Origin: a virus
Lineage: Duplodnaviria > Caudoviricetes
DNA: 64,000 nucleotides
Direction: 5' to 3' (one strand)
IMG/VR virus record: IMGVR_UViG_2907128583_000005
Location: 128,001 to 192,000 of that record
A program made the position numbers and the translations under genes. Below the pieces are notes generated by a model. The model saw only the letters and a list, made by a program, of their open reading frames with translations. It made no database searches and was not told the DNA's origin. Positions 1 through 8,195 of this stretch are shown piece by piece. How positions within the stretch are numbered: the stretch's first letter is position 1; each line of letters starts with the position of its first letter.

Positions 1-139
1 TGTCCCATATGCGGAAACCATTTGCCATAAAGTTATTTAAATCGTTCGCTTCTTCTGCTTCAATATTTACAAATTTCCATGTCTTCAGGTTATGCTCTTT
101 ATCATAGGCTGCTAATTTCATTAAACTATATCTTTTCAT
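1..139 (-). CDS. hypothetical protein, truncated by window edge (MKRYSLMKLAAYDKEHNLK...)
   Basis: Manual translation from ATG at 139; GAGG upstream; frame open to position 1. Confidence 0.55.
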   Translation of the reverse strand, partial: MKRYSLMKLAAYDKEHNLKTWKFVNIEAEEANDLNNFMANGFRIWD

Positions 140-289
140 AGTAACATGTCCTCTAAAGTTGTATTTTTTACTGTTATTTCATTAAACAATCTGCTAGAAT
201 AAAATGACAAATACACCCTTCGCCCAAAATCATAAGGAGTGTATTTGTCTTGTTGTGTAGTGACACGAAATTCGTATCACCTGAGTTAT

Positions 290-318
290 ATTATAGGGTT
301 TATCTAATTTCGTGTCAA
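290..318 (-). promoter_or_regulatory. sigma-A promoter TTGACA-17-TATAAT overlapped by a 12-bp inverted repeat (261-272 / 306-317)
   Basis: Perfect consensus hexamers with 17-nt spacer; TGACACGAAATT...AATTTCGTGTCA is a candidate operator for the divergent HTH gene. Confidence 0.8.
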
Positions 319-334
319 CCCCTATTTGTAATTA

Positions 335-559
335 ATGGAGGAAATGTGTATGTCTTGGGTTGACATCAATCTTAAAGCTATACTTAAAAAATTCGAAATA
401 AGCGAAAGGGAAATTTCAAGAAGAACAGGTATCAGACAGGCTACAATCAATAACATGTGTAATAATGATGTTAAGCAAATTTCTTTAAAAAATATTTCTC
501 TCTTGTGTGATGAACTAGGAATTGATATTTCAGAGTTGCTTACTTTAAATAGAAAATAA
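335..559 (+). CDS. Xre/Cro-C1 family HTH regulator (start probably ATG 350)
   Basis: ISEREISRRTGIRQATINNMCNN HTH; GGAGG RBS before 350. Confidence 0.85.
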   Translation: MEEMCMSWVDINLKAILKKFEISEREISRRTGIRQATINNMCNNDVKQISLKNISLLCDELGIDISELLTLNRK

Positions 560-581
560 AAGAAGGATATTCCTTCTTTTA
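560..581. terminator. bidirectional intrinsic terminator candidate
   Basis: AAGAAGGA-tat-TCCTTCTT hairpin between convergent genes. Confidence 0.55.
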
Positions 582-598
582 TTTCACTCTCATCCTAC

Positions 599-979
599 TT
601 AGTTGATCCCCGCCACTACTTTATATGTACTGTTCAAACTTGATTCATATTCATGAGGAATACTTGCAACCTTACAAGCCAAATCTTTTTTGTCTAAAAC
701 TCTCATCTGTTCAAACAATGCAACTGAATGTCTATCGAATCCACATTTATCTTTGTCTAAAAGTACATGAGTTGGAAGATTTCCTTTTTGAGTCTGTGCG
801 GATAAAGGGACTACCATAACTACTGGAGAATATTTATTTCCAATATTGTTACTCATAACAATCACAGGTCTCTGTCCCTTTTGAATGTTTGTTTTTACTC
901 CATTAGTTTCTCCTAGGTTTGCAATCCATACGTCCATTTTTTTTACTTCTCTCGTTACTCTTTCTACTGCTACCGCCAT
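599..979 (-). CDS. PemK/MazF-family endoribonuclease homolog, no adjacent antitoxin
   Basis: QKGQRPVIVMSNNIGNKYSPVVMVVPLS...PTHV...SVALFEQMRVLDK matches the NdoA/MazF pattern; AAGGAG RBS before ATG 979. Confidence 0.88.
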   Translation of the reverse strand: MAVAVERVTREVKKMDVWIANLGETNGVKTNIQKGQRPVIVMSNNIGNKYSPVVMVVPLSAQTQKGNLPTHVLLDKDKCGFDRHSVALFEQMRVLDKKDLACKVASIPHEYESSLNSTYKVVAGIN

Positions 980-1268
980 TATGTACACGCTCCTTATAAT
1001 TGAAACTTGTTTATGTTGTTCTTATCGCTATCTTCGTATTATTCCTATTATATATAACTACACATTCTACTTTTAACTCTAACTATGTTTCTCATTTATT
1101 TACTCTCTATATTGGTAATTATACAAATAAAAATAATAAAAAACAATACGGAACGTTTGTTCTGTCAAGGAATTTAAACACCATGTATATATTCAGTCTT
1201 TTACTGCATAAATAACTTGACAACTGGATATACATAGCAATAAGGAATATTTATTGGGAGGAATATAG

Positions 1269-1790
1269 ATGCGACAAGACGCTTGGACTCAGCCTGAAGA
1301 TGATCTACTAGCCAAAACAGTGATAGCCAATATACGCAGCAACAAAACCCAATTAACCGCATTTCAGGAGGCTGGGAGAGAACTAAATCGTACAGCGGCA
1401 GCATGTGGTTTTCGCTGGAACAGTGCTTTGAGACATAACTATAGGAATGAAATAAAAGCAGCTAAAGAAGAAAGAATGAATAATAAGATAAATACAAAAA
1501 TAAGAAATACAAATACCAACACAGCTATGAAAGAAGACATAAAACATATGACAGAAATAGATAAAGCAATCGACGCACTAAATAACCTGCGATTGGAATT
1601 TCTAAATATGCAGGAAACAATTCGAATGCAAACAAATAAAATAAATGAGTTGAAAATCGAAATTAGTGATGGCAGAAAAGAAAGACCTATCGCAAGCGAG
1701 GATTTAGACACATTAATTAAAATTATACACAGAGCTGAGCAATTAGGGTTTCCAAAAACCATTGGACATAAAGAAGAACCTGCCATTTAA
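1269..1790 (+). CDS. rsfA: RsfA/YlbO-family sporulation transcription regulator (Myb-like domain plus coiled coil)
   Basis: RQDAWT..EDDLLA..V...IR...TQLTAF.E.G..LNRTAAACGFRWNS is the RsfA family signature; GGAGG RBS. Confidence 0.9.
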   Translation: MRQDAWTQPEDDLLAKTVIANIRSNKTQLTAFQEAGRELNRTAAACGFRWNSALRHNYRNEIKAAKEERMNNKINTKIRNTNTNTAMKEDIKHMTEIDKAIDALNNLRLEFLNMQETIRMQTNKINELKIEISDGRKERPIASEDLDTLIKIIHRAEQLGFPKTIGHKEEPAI

Positions 1791-1804
1791 TTGGCAGGCT
1801 TTTT
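1777..1804. terminator. intrinsic terminator
   Basis: CCTGCCA-tttaat-TGGCAGG followed by T run. Confidence 0.7.
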
Positions 1805-1880
1805 AATAAAAATTATATTTTACTCACTATAAAACAAACTTTGTGGTGCGGTTATTTAGCTGCATCGTTCAGAGGTTGAT

Positions 1881-1979
1881 TCAGCAGAGATCAATCAGCA
1901 ATTCGCTTGCCTTCAACCCTTCCCCAATACCAATTAGATATACAGCCTTCCTAAGTGCTTCTCTTGCCTTCTCGTCCAC
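1881..1979 (-). CDS. 32-aa small protein (MDEKAREALRKAVYLIGIGEGLKASELLIDLC)
   Basis: Manual translation; GTG start with AAGGGG RBS. Confidence 0.45.
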   Translation of the reverse strand: MDEKAREALRKAVYLIGIGEGLKASELLIDLC

Positions 1980-2009
1980 TATTGCTGCTTCCCCTTACTT
2001 GTATGTATT

Positions 2010-2090
2010 TTATCCATTGCACTCATGGAGGATGTGCTTAACGTGTTCCAACACATCCTCTAGTTTCTTACCACACTTCTCACAATACAT
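2010..2090 (-). CDS. 26-aa zinc-finger-like peptide (MYCEKCGKKLEDVLEHVKHILHECNG)
   Basis: Manual translation; AGGTGA RBS 8 nt upstream; CxxC plus H/H/H/C ligands. Confidence 0.55.
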   Translation of the reverse strand: MYCEKCGKKLEDVLEHVKHILHECNG

Positions 2091-2153
2091 TCTGCATTTC
2101 ACCTATCTTTTTAATTAAAACTACATTTCAACTGCCATCCATAAATATCTAAA

Positions 2154-2432
2154 TTAATCTTCTATAAACTTTTGTCTTTTTATACATTCTACATGCTTCT
2201 TATGTTGCTTCTTTTTCTCTTCGTCCCAAGGCTCATACTCTAAAATATTTTCAGACATATACAATCTTACTACTAATTTTCCATTTACCATTCTTTCTAC
2301 TACATATTTGTCCTTAACATCACAATAACCTTTTATCCATCCAATACTCGCACCTCTTACCCATATGCGTTGGTTATAGCTCCATTTATTTTGTTTAGAT
2401 TTTAAGTTATCTATTAGTCTATTTGATACCAA
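2154..2432 (-). CDS. hypothetical phage protein
   Basis: ORF with GGGAG RBS in the - strand array. Confidence 0.65.
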   Translation of the reverse strand: MVSNRLIDNLKSKQNKWSYNQRIWVRGASIGWIKGYCDVKDKYVVERMVNGKLVVRLYMSENILEYEPWDEEKKKQHKKHVECIKRQKFIED

Positions 2433-2466
2433 CCCATTTTTCTCCCTTCCGCTTAAGATATAAAGA

Positions 2467-2742
2467 TCAAGAGAGTATCACCAATTGCGTATCATTATGT
2501 CTAAGTTGTTCTTTGAACATGTCTAAGGTTTCTTTGTTTCTACTAATTCGGGTTACGTCGGTCACAATAACAGCGTCAACTTCTGATAGATTATTGGTAG
2601 CTAATTCTAAATCTACATCACTCGCTACTACAACAATGTGAACAAGATTGATACCTTCTGATATTGCATACTGATTTATTTTATTTTGCTGTTCGTCTAT
2701 GCTCCATTCGATAGACGATCTTACGATTGCCATAGCCTTCAT
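2467..2742 (-). CDS. stand-alone serine recombinase (resolvase) catalytic-domain fragment
   Basis: AIVRSS...SIDEQ...DAVIVTDVTRISR motifs; only 91 aa, no DNA-binding domain. Confidence 0.7.
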   Translation of the reverse strand: MKAMAIVRSSIEWSIDEQQNKINQYAISEGINLVHIVVVASDVDLELATNNLSEVDAVIVTDVTRISRNKETLDMFKEQLRHNDTQLVILS

Positions 2743-2796
2743 GAATTAATACTCCTTTACTATTCGCATTAATATTGGACTAATCAAACTTGCATT

Positions 2797-3951
2797 TTAT
2801 AAAGCTTCTACCCAGTTTACGGCTATCTCAAAATCGTTAATTACTTTCTCGGTATCCCTCGCATTGGGCATGAGCGAAGAATGAGCAATCTTATGACGGT
2901 ATCTATTCCTGTGGGAATTAATGTTTGTCCAAAGAGTAGGATTGTTTCGTACCAGTGATTGCCCTGCCTTCTCATTCAATTGTCTGTCGCATCTCCTATA
3001 AAAATTAGTCTTTGTGCTGTCTAAGAAAGTATCAATTTCCGCTTGCGTGTTTCCATTCAAATACATTTTCTCAATGATTTTTTGTTCTACAGCAACCTCA
3101 AGAGCTGCGGAACTATTAATGATTGCTGAACGGTACTCTCCTCTTTCAGCAAGATTGCGAGCCATTATAATCAAATCTTTAGTAGGTGGAATATCGAAAC
3201 CATTTATAAGTCTTTCTTTTAATGTTTCAACATGATTACTATCGATCTCTGGTAACCATTTTTGATATGGCATCATGCTAGGTGCTTTTCCAGCATGCTT
3301 AATAGAATCATAATAATAACCATCGACAAACTGTCTCGATGTCGTCCCCTTAAGAGTATGCATAGTTGTAGTTTCGACAAAAAAATCATTTCGCAGATAA
3401 GAATATTGTTTTATGAATTGATTTAAAGCATTATGATAGGGATAAACTAATCTGCTAAGTTCATTCAATCTCCTATTAACAACGTAATCTATTTTTTCTT
3501 CTAAAACCTGATCTGTATTGTAGGTGCCAAATTCTGTTGTCGCCATTCTAGTTAAATCAATGGTATCAGTATATTTAATTCCTTCTCTTATCATTTTTGA
3601 TTTAATTTTATCAATCAAGTCGTCGTTCGTGACATTTAAATACAGTTCATCTTTTAATTCTAGTTCCTCCTCAATTGTACAACTAATATAACTTTTACAA
3701 GGTTCGAAAGCATAATTTGGAATACGATTATTGATTATGTAACTTTCCAATTCCGCTCTCTCACCTTCGATACACATGGCAGACTTTTTGCTACCAAAAG
3801 GATTAATATGTACTCTGAAAACATCATCACTTAATTTTAGGATAAAATCTTTCTCTTCTGTTGGGTTTAGTCTCGTTCTTACTGAATAATCTCCATTTGG
3901 AAGTTGAATCATAAATGGTAGCTCGTTTGTGAACTGAACCTTTAATTTCAT
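2797..3951 (-). CDS. protein with C-terminal HEPN-like domain (candidate RNase / defence effector)
   Basis: YRSAIINSSAALEVAVE helix and RHKIAH (Rx4H) motif; GGAGAGGAG RBS favours ATG 3951. Confidence 0.7.
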   Translation of the reverse strand: MKLKVQFTNELPFMIQLPNGDYSVRTRLNPTEEKDFILKLSDDVFRVHINPFGSKKSAMCIEGERAELESYIINNRIPNYAFEPCKSYISCTIEEELELKDELYLNVTNDDLIDKIKSKMIREGIKYTDTIDLTRMATTEFGTYNTDQVLEEKIDYVVNRRLNELSRLVYPYHNALNQFIKQYSYLRNDFFVETTTMHTLKGTTSRQFVDGYYYDSIKHAGKAPSMMPYQKWLPEIDSNHVETLKERLINGFDIPPTKDLIIMARNLAERGEYRSAIINSSAALEVAVEQKIIEKMYLNGNTQAEIDTFLDSTKTNFYRRCDRQLNEKAGQSLVRNNPTLWTNINSHRNRYRHKIAHSSLMPNARDTEKVINDFEIAVNWVEAL

Positions 3952-3989
3952 TTTATTCTGGGTCTCCTCTCCATTATGAAACATGCCTT

Positions 3990-4355
3990 TTACCAGCTAC
4001 CAGAATACTTGTTCACCGTTATAGGATAATGATATATCTCAATATCCTCATCGATAAAACCTCTCCGCTGAGCAGCTAACAACGTTTCATGCATGTTCTT
4101 GCGTCCCACAGGGTTGTCTGTATGTAAATATATCTTATCAGCCCTCAATCCATGTTCACAGAAGTACTTCACCAAGTCATATCCGTTAGGCAGTTCTTTA
4201 CCATCTACGTCCTCTCCCAAATCATGGTCTAACGTAAGAATGCCGACACTTTTGGTTTCAAGGATATGTATTGCTTCATAGTATGTACGAGCCACCACAA
4301 AGCCATCTGGACAGTCTCTAAGATCGTCAACATACAGGTCAATCTTATCAGTCAC
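3990..4355 (-). CDS. cyclic-phosphate-processing receiver (cREC) domain protein
   Basis: LYVDDLR.CP...ART..EAI...LTLDHDLG...GYD...LHTDNPVGRKNM signature. Confidence 0.85.
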   Translation of the reverse strand: MTDKIDLYVDDLRDCPDGFVVARTYYEAIHILETKSVGILTLDHDLGEDVDGKELPNGYDLVKYFCEHGLRADKIYLHTDNPVGRKNMHETLLAAQRRGFIDEDIEIYHYPITVNKYSGSW

Positions 4356-4386
4356 AGCTATGCTCCTTCCCTGTGAAACACATCTT

Positions 4387-4740
4387 TTACTTTAACTCAA
4401 AGGTATCCAATATAAATTTAACTTCGTCTGCTGAAATTGAAATTATTTTTCTCACACCTTCAACCTTTTCTTCTTCGTTTGCCATGATTACAACTATTCC
4501 TGTAAGTTGTTTGCCTTCAATCTCAATATTTGGTCTTTTGTCATCACTTAAAGCAGTAGGTACTGAGTGTACACTTAGACTTGTTCCTTTGATTGGCATT
4601 CCAATCGGATGGTTTCCTATAATTTCAGCTAGGCTATTAATGTGATTATCCATCCATCTAACATCAAATCCCAAGTCAGGATCTAAGACCATTATTCTTG
4701 TTTTCTCATAAACAGGTTTTTTCTTCTTGAACCAATTCAT
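4387..4740 (-). CDS. hypothetical protein (DUF3846-like, tentative)
   Basis: L.EIIG...PNI....LTGIVVI pattern. Confidence 0.55.
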   Translation of the reverse strand: MNWFKKKKPVYEKTRIMVLDPDLGFDVRWMDNHINSLAEIIGNHPIGMPIKGTSLSVHSVPTALSDDKRPNIEIEGKQLTGIVVIMANEEEKVEGVRKIISISADEVKFILDTFELK

Positions 4741-4773
4741 TTTCTTACCACCATTCACTTTTGAATAACCGTC

Positions 4774-5139
4774 TCACAAAGTTTCATCTGAACCTCCAAA
4801 TTTATCAAAAATATCTACTAAACTAATAGCAGAAACAATCGGATGTGTTTTTTCTTTATCTCCGGGCAAATAAACAATTTCATTATCGATTTTTTCTTGA
4901 ATTAGATTAATAAGAAGCTTGGCTCCAGCAACGTATATTTCATGTAAATTCCCGTCGATATCGTAGTTATAATCTTCACCACGTTTTGGAACTTTAAACT
5001 CTTCCAACAGATACTGAATATCACTAGATTCGAGTCCAATCTGTGATAGTCCATAGGTTAATCTAACAACTTTCGATTCAAATGGATGTGCAACCATTTC
5101 TCCATTTAAAATATGATATCCGTAAGGTGCTTCAGACAT
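4774..5139 (-). CDS. protein resembling the isolated recombinase DNA-binding domain of large serine recombinases
   Basis: APYGY...GEMV..P.ESKVVRL.Y.L...G pattern. Confidence 0.55.
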   Translation of the reverse strand: MSEAPYGYHILNGEMVAHPFESKVVRLTYGLSQIGLESSDIQYLLEEFKVPKRGEDYNYDIDGNLHEIYVAGAKLLINLIQEKIDNEIVYLPGDKEKTHPIVSAISLVDIFDKFGGSDETL

Positions 5140-5185
5140 ATGAGTACCTCTTTCCTTAAAATATTTTCAAGGTAAAACAGTCATT

Positions 5186-5545
5186 TCACACAAATTGAAT
5201 TGAGATTCCGTCTTCAGTTGTCTGAACGCTCACTGTTAACTCAACCAATTTATTCTCTTCTATCCTCTTTAGTATTTGTACTTCATCGTGTGTAAAATTT
5301 CCATCAATGAAGAGCTTAAACCTGTCCTGTCTCTCTTGAAGTTCATCTGCAAGGTATTCGTTTATTCCTTTTACTAAATCTTCAATTTTGTCCATCTTAT
5401 CAATCATTAGAAATTTATCTTCTAAATAAAGCATTCCCTTTGTGACAGGAACACCTTTATAATCAAAGAAAATATCACCTTTTTCTTTATTGAAGATCTC
5501 GGCCATTGCTATATTCTTTGTTGCTTTTCCTTTAACCAGTCTCAT
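5186..5545 (-). CDS. hypothetical phage protein
   Basis: AAGGAG RBS; bounded by junction elements 5172 and 5560. Confidence 0.75.
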   Translation of the reverse strand: MRLVKGKATKNIAMAEIFNKEKGDIFFDYKGVPVTKGMLYLEDKFLMIDKMDKIEDLVKGINEYLADELQERQDRFKLFIDGNFTHDEVQILKRIEENKLVELTVSVQTTEDGISIQFV

Positions 5546-5568
5546 GTCTTCATCTCCTTATAAATTAG

Positions 5569-5808
5569 TTATTTCACGTAAATCTCTTTAATGTCAGTTG
5601 CTAAAGTTCCAATTAATAGTATCATATCTCTTTCTGTTAGTTTTTTATTTTCTTTTAGTAAGCTTAATATATTTTGAACGCATTCTTCAACCTTCATATC
5701 CTTGTAGTGATCTTGAGCCTTTTCGAGTTTTTCAATGGCTTCTTTTGCGTCATAAGATGCCATTGACATTCTAGCAAACCCCTCCAGAACCTTATCCTGT
5801 GCATTCAT
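5569..5808 (-). CDS. hypothetical phage protein
   Basis: AAGGAG RBS; bounded by elements 5560 and 5832. Confidence 0.75.
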   Translation of the reverse strand: MNAQDKVLEGFARMSMASYDAKEAIEKLEKAQDHYKDMKVEECVQNILSLLKENKKLTERDMILLIGTLATDIKEIYVK

Positions 5809-5848
5809 ATTGTTACTCCTTCATTTTATGAATAAAATAAACCTTTTA

Positions 5849-6010
5849 CTACAACATAATATATTGATTGCCATCATCCATGAAAGCCACCAACAATGAC
5901 TTCCTTTTAATAGTCCTAGCTTGAAAGGCGACAATGCGTGAAACATCTACTTCCATTTCCTTTTTAGTTGCTTCGTCGTATACGAATATCTTCTTTTTAT
6001 CCTGACTCAT
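5849..6010 (-). CDS. 53-aa hypothetical protein (not in ORF track)
   Basis: MSQDKKKIFVYDEATKK...; GAGGTGA RBS. Confidence 0.65.
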   Translation of the reverse strand: MSQDKKKIFVYDEATKKEMEVDVSRIVAFQARTIKRKSLLVAFMDDGNQYIML

Positions 6011-6182
6011 TCTGTATCACCTCTGCGCAATAGCGCAATATTCTTCAAACTCTACAATACTATGTTACTAGTTTCTTTACAATGTTTGCCTATCGATAAA
6101 TAAATCATAACATATCTCTATACCATATTCAATATATTCATTATTTTTGTTTATTAAAAAGACCACATTAACGTTATCTTTA

Positions 6183-6305
6183 TTATGTATGTTTCAATAT
6201 TCTATGTTGTTCATATTGTTTCGCTGCTTCTTGTAATTCGATCCACTTGCCCTGATCATTCCTAACATACAGCTTATTATCTTTTAATGCCCCAGCTTTA
6301 AACAT
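6183..6305 (-). CDS. 40-aa hypothetical protein (not in ORF track)
   Basis: MFKAGALKDNKLYVRNDQGKW...; GGGGAGTGA RBS. Confidence 0.55.
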   Translation of the reverse strand: MFKAGALKDNKLYVRNDQGKWIELQEAAKQYEQHRILKHT

Positions 6306-6474
6306 AATGATACTCACTCCCCGTTAAAGAACTATAGATGTTCACATTAGCAGAAAAAATACTCCAGTGATAGAAACGATCAATCAATACAAAACTCATT
6401 GCTTCTTTGGAACGTCCAGCGGTTTCGATTTCTTCTTTTACTTTTCCATCTACAACTATCATATATGTATCCAT
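6298..6474 (-). CDS. 58-aa hypothetical protein (not in ORF track)
   Basis: MDTYMIVVDGKVKEEIE...; AAGGAG RBS. Confidence 0.6.
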   Translation of the reverse strand: MDTYMIVVDGKVKEEIETAGRSKEAMSFVLIDRFYHWSIFSANVNIYSSLTGSEYHYV

Positions 6475-6499
6475 CTCAAATTCTCCTTTTATTATATTT

Positions 6500-6673
6500 T
6501 TATTCGTTAGACAGAGGTACTACTTGTTCCGTTGCTTCTGTAATATCTTCAGCATCATGCCAATTCTCAAACTTGACAGCTAGATCTACGTCATGCGTAT
6601 ATAGTTGACCGCGCTGTTCTTCCCAATCTGCTCTAAGGTATTTCTTCGTTTCTGTATTAATTACTGTAAACAT
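6500..6673 (-). CDS. 57-aa hypothetical protein (not in ORF track)
   Basis: MFTVINTETKKYLRADWEE...; GGAGG RBS. Confidence 0.65.
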   Translation of the reverse strand: MFTVINTETKKYLRADWEEQRGQLYTHDVDLAVKFENWHDAEDITEATEQVVPLSNE

Positions 6674-6753
6674 ATTTATTCCTCCGTTGTTATGTGAATT
6701 ATAGTTATTAAAAGACTTATTTTATCTGTAACATTTCCCTATTGCTGATAACA

Positions 6754-7149
6754 CTAACTCTTAACAAGCTTTTCAAAGTCATAAATAAATGACTCCATTT
6801 TTTTCTTATTGAATTGATAAAGTTTGTGTTCATTTAATGCTGGTCTATCTATAAAAATTGTGTTTTCTCGGATATGAAGATAGCCATTAGTGTCGAGTTC
6901 TTTGTCATAATATTCGTAATAGTCTGATCCTAAACTGTCGGCTCCCTTGGGAGATAAATTAGCCCAAGCTTCATTCGCAATCATTTTAATGTAGTTATAC
7001 AACTCTACGAAATCCTTAAGTTCAAAATTATATGTAACATTATATTTATTATTTATTTGGTTTTGATTCATTTCAAATATCACTGCTGATTTTCGATGTT
7101 TAACAATTAACTCTGTCCCGTTAGAACATGTAAAAACCCTAGTCTTCAT
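6754..7149 (-). CDS. hypothetical protein
   Basis: AAGGAG RBS, 131 aa. Confidence 0.75.
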   Translation of the reverse strand: MKTRVFTCSNGTELIVKHRKSAVIFEMNQNQINNKYNVTYNFELKDFVELYNYIKMIANEAWANLSPKGADSLGSDYYEYYDKELDTNGYLHIRENTIFIDRPALNEHKLYQFNKKKMESFIYDFEKLVKS

Positions 7150-7250
7150 AATCTTCGCTCCTTCTTACTTGATTACATTCCAGTATTTGCATATCATACA
7201 AATAGATTAGTATAATTAAATTAATCTTAAATTGAGAAAGGAAAATATGA

Positions 7251-7505
7251 ATGGTAGTAAAAATCAAAAATTTGGGTTATGGATTAAGCGCACTATCCTT
7301 CGTTTATGCTATTTATGCATACTTCATCAAACATCTGCTAAGGGTTACTCCAGATACACGAGAATTTATGGGTTCTCAGATTAGCAATTCGCTTAATAAA
7401 GATTTAGTTCAAGCATTAAATGACTACACTGTGTCTATTCCATTTGCTTTTATTTTCTTAGCGATTGGTATAGCAATTATTTTTGCTAATAAATACTTTG
7501 ATTAA
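7251..7505 (+). CDS. two-TM membrane protein with its own promoter and terminator (moron-like)
   Basis: Two hydrophobic segments; TTGCAT-18-TATAAT at 7187-7216; GCGAC-ttttg-GTCGC hairpin plus T run downstream. Confidence 0.75.
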   Translation: MVVKIKNLGYGLSALSFVYAIYAYFIKHLLRVTPDTREFMGSQISNSLNKDLVQALNDYTVSIPFAFIFLAIGIAIIFANKYFD

Positions 7506-7550
7506 GTTGCGACTTTTGGTCGCTTCTTTTTTTGTTATCAAATACTTCTT

Positions 7551-7805
7551 TTATAAATAATCTTGATAGTTAGCAATGGCTTGATTTTTTCGTTTTGATA
7601 GCTCAAGTAACAACAATTCGTAGAGTTCGATATTTTCACGTAGTTCAAAGAAGTATTCAAAATCGTCATTCTTTGGGTTCTTATCTTGTGCTTCAATTAA
7701 TCGAAATACCTTATCAATGATCTCCATAAACTCTTCATGTTCCATCTCACTTAAGCGACTCTTAACATCTTCGTAATTCTTCCTTCGTTTCTCATTAATA
7801 TTCAT
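7551..7805 (-). CDS. hypothetical protein
   Basis: GAGGAG RBS; stop codon lies inside element 7537. Confidence 0.7.
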   Translation of the reverse strand: MNINEKRRKNYEDVKSRLSEMEHEEFMEIIDKVFRLIEAQDKNPKNDDFEYFFELRENIELYELLLLELSKRKNQAIANYQDYL

Positions 7806-7832
7806 TCGATCATCTCCTCATAAGAAACACTT

Positions 7833-8177
7833 CTATTCACTAAGAATATTATTTATTTTTATTTTCAATTTATCTTCAAGTTCATCTGTTAATCTAGAAA
7901 TTGAACGAAGTGAATCCATAAAATCTTTGTCTAATTTATCCTCAATCATTCCTTCAGCCCTCTTCTTTACCATATCCTCGAATTGTCCACCAATGTGTTC
8001 GAATACTTTAGCTAATGGCAAGTCTACTCCATTGATAATTAATTTTGCTTCCATAGATGAAGGATCATATCCTTTTTGATATAAGGGACTGTTTTTACCT
8101 ACTGCACTTAACGCTTCAATAATAAAATATCCCGTCCATGAATCGATACCGTGTTCCCATAAATCAAATTTGCTCAT
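7833..8177 (-). CDS. hypothetical phage protein
   Basis: AGGAG RBS. Confidence 0.75.
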   Translation of the reverse strand: MSKFDLWEHGIDSWTGYFIIEALSAVGKNSPLYQKGYDPSSMEAKLIINGVDLPLAKVFEHIGGQFEDMVKKRAEGMIEDKLDKDFMDSLRSISRLTDELEDKLKIKINNILSE

Positions 8178-8195
8178 CTAATTTCTCCTATTATT

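Noticed and set aside
625-1215. ORFs 625-819, 885-1076 and 1000-1215 as a MazE antitoxin
   Set aside because: Wrong strand, no RBS and no AbrB/RHH features.
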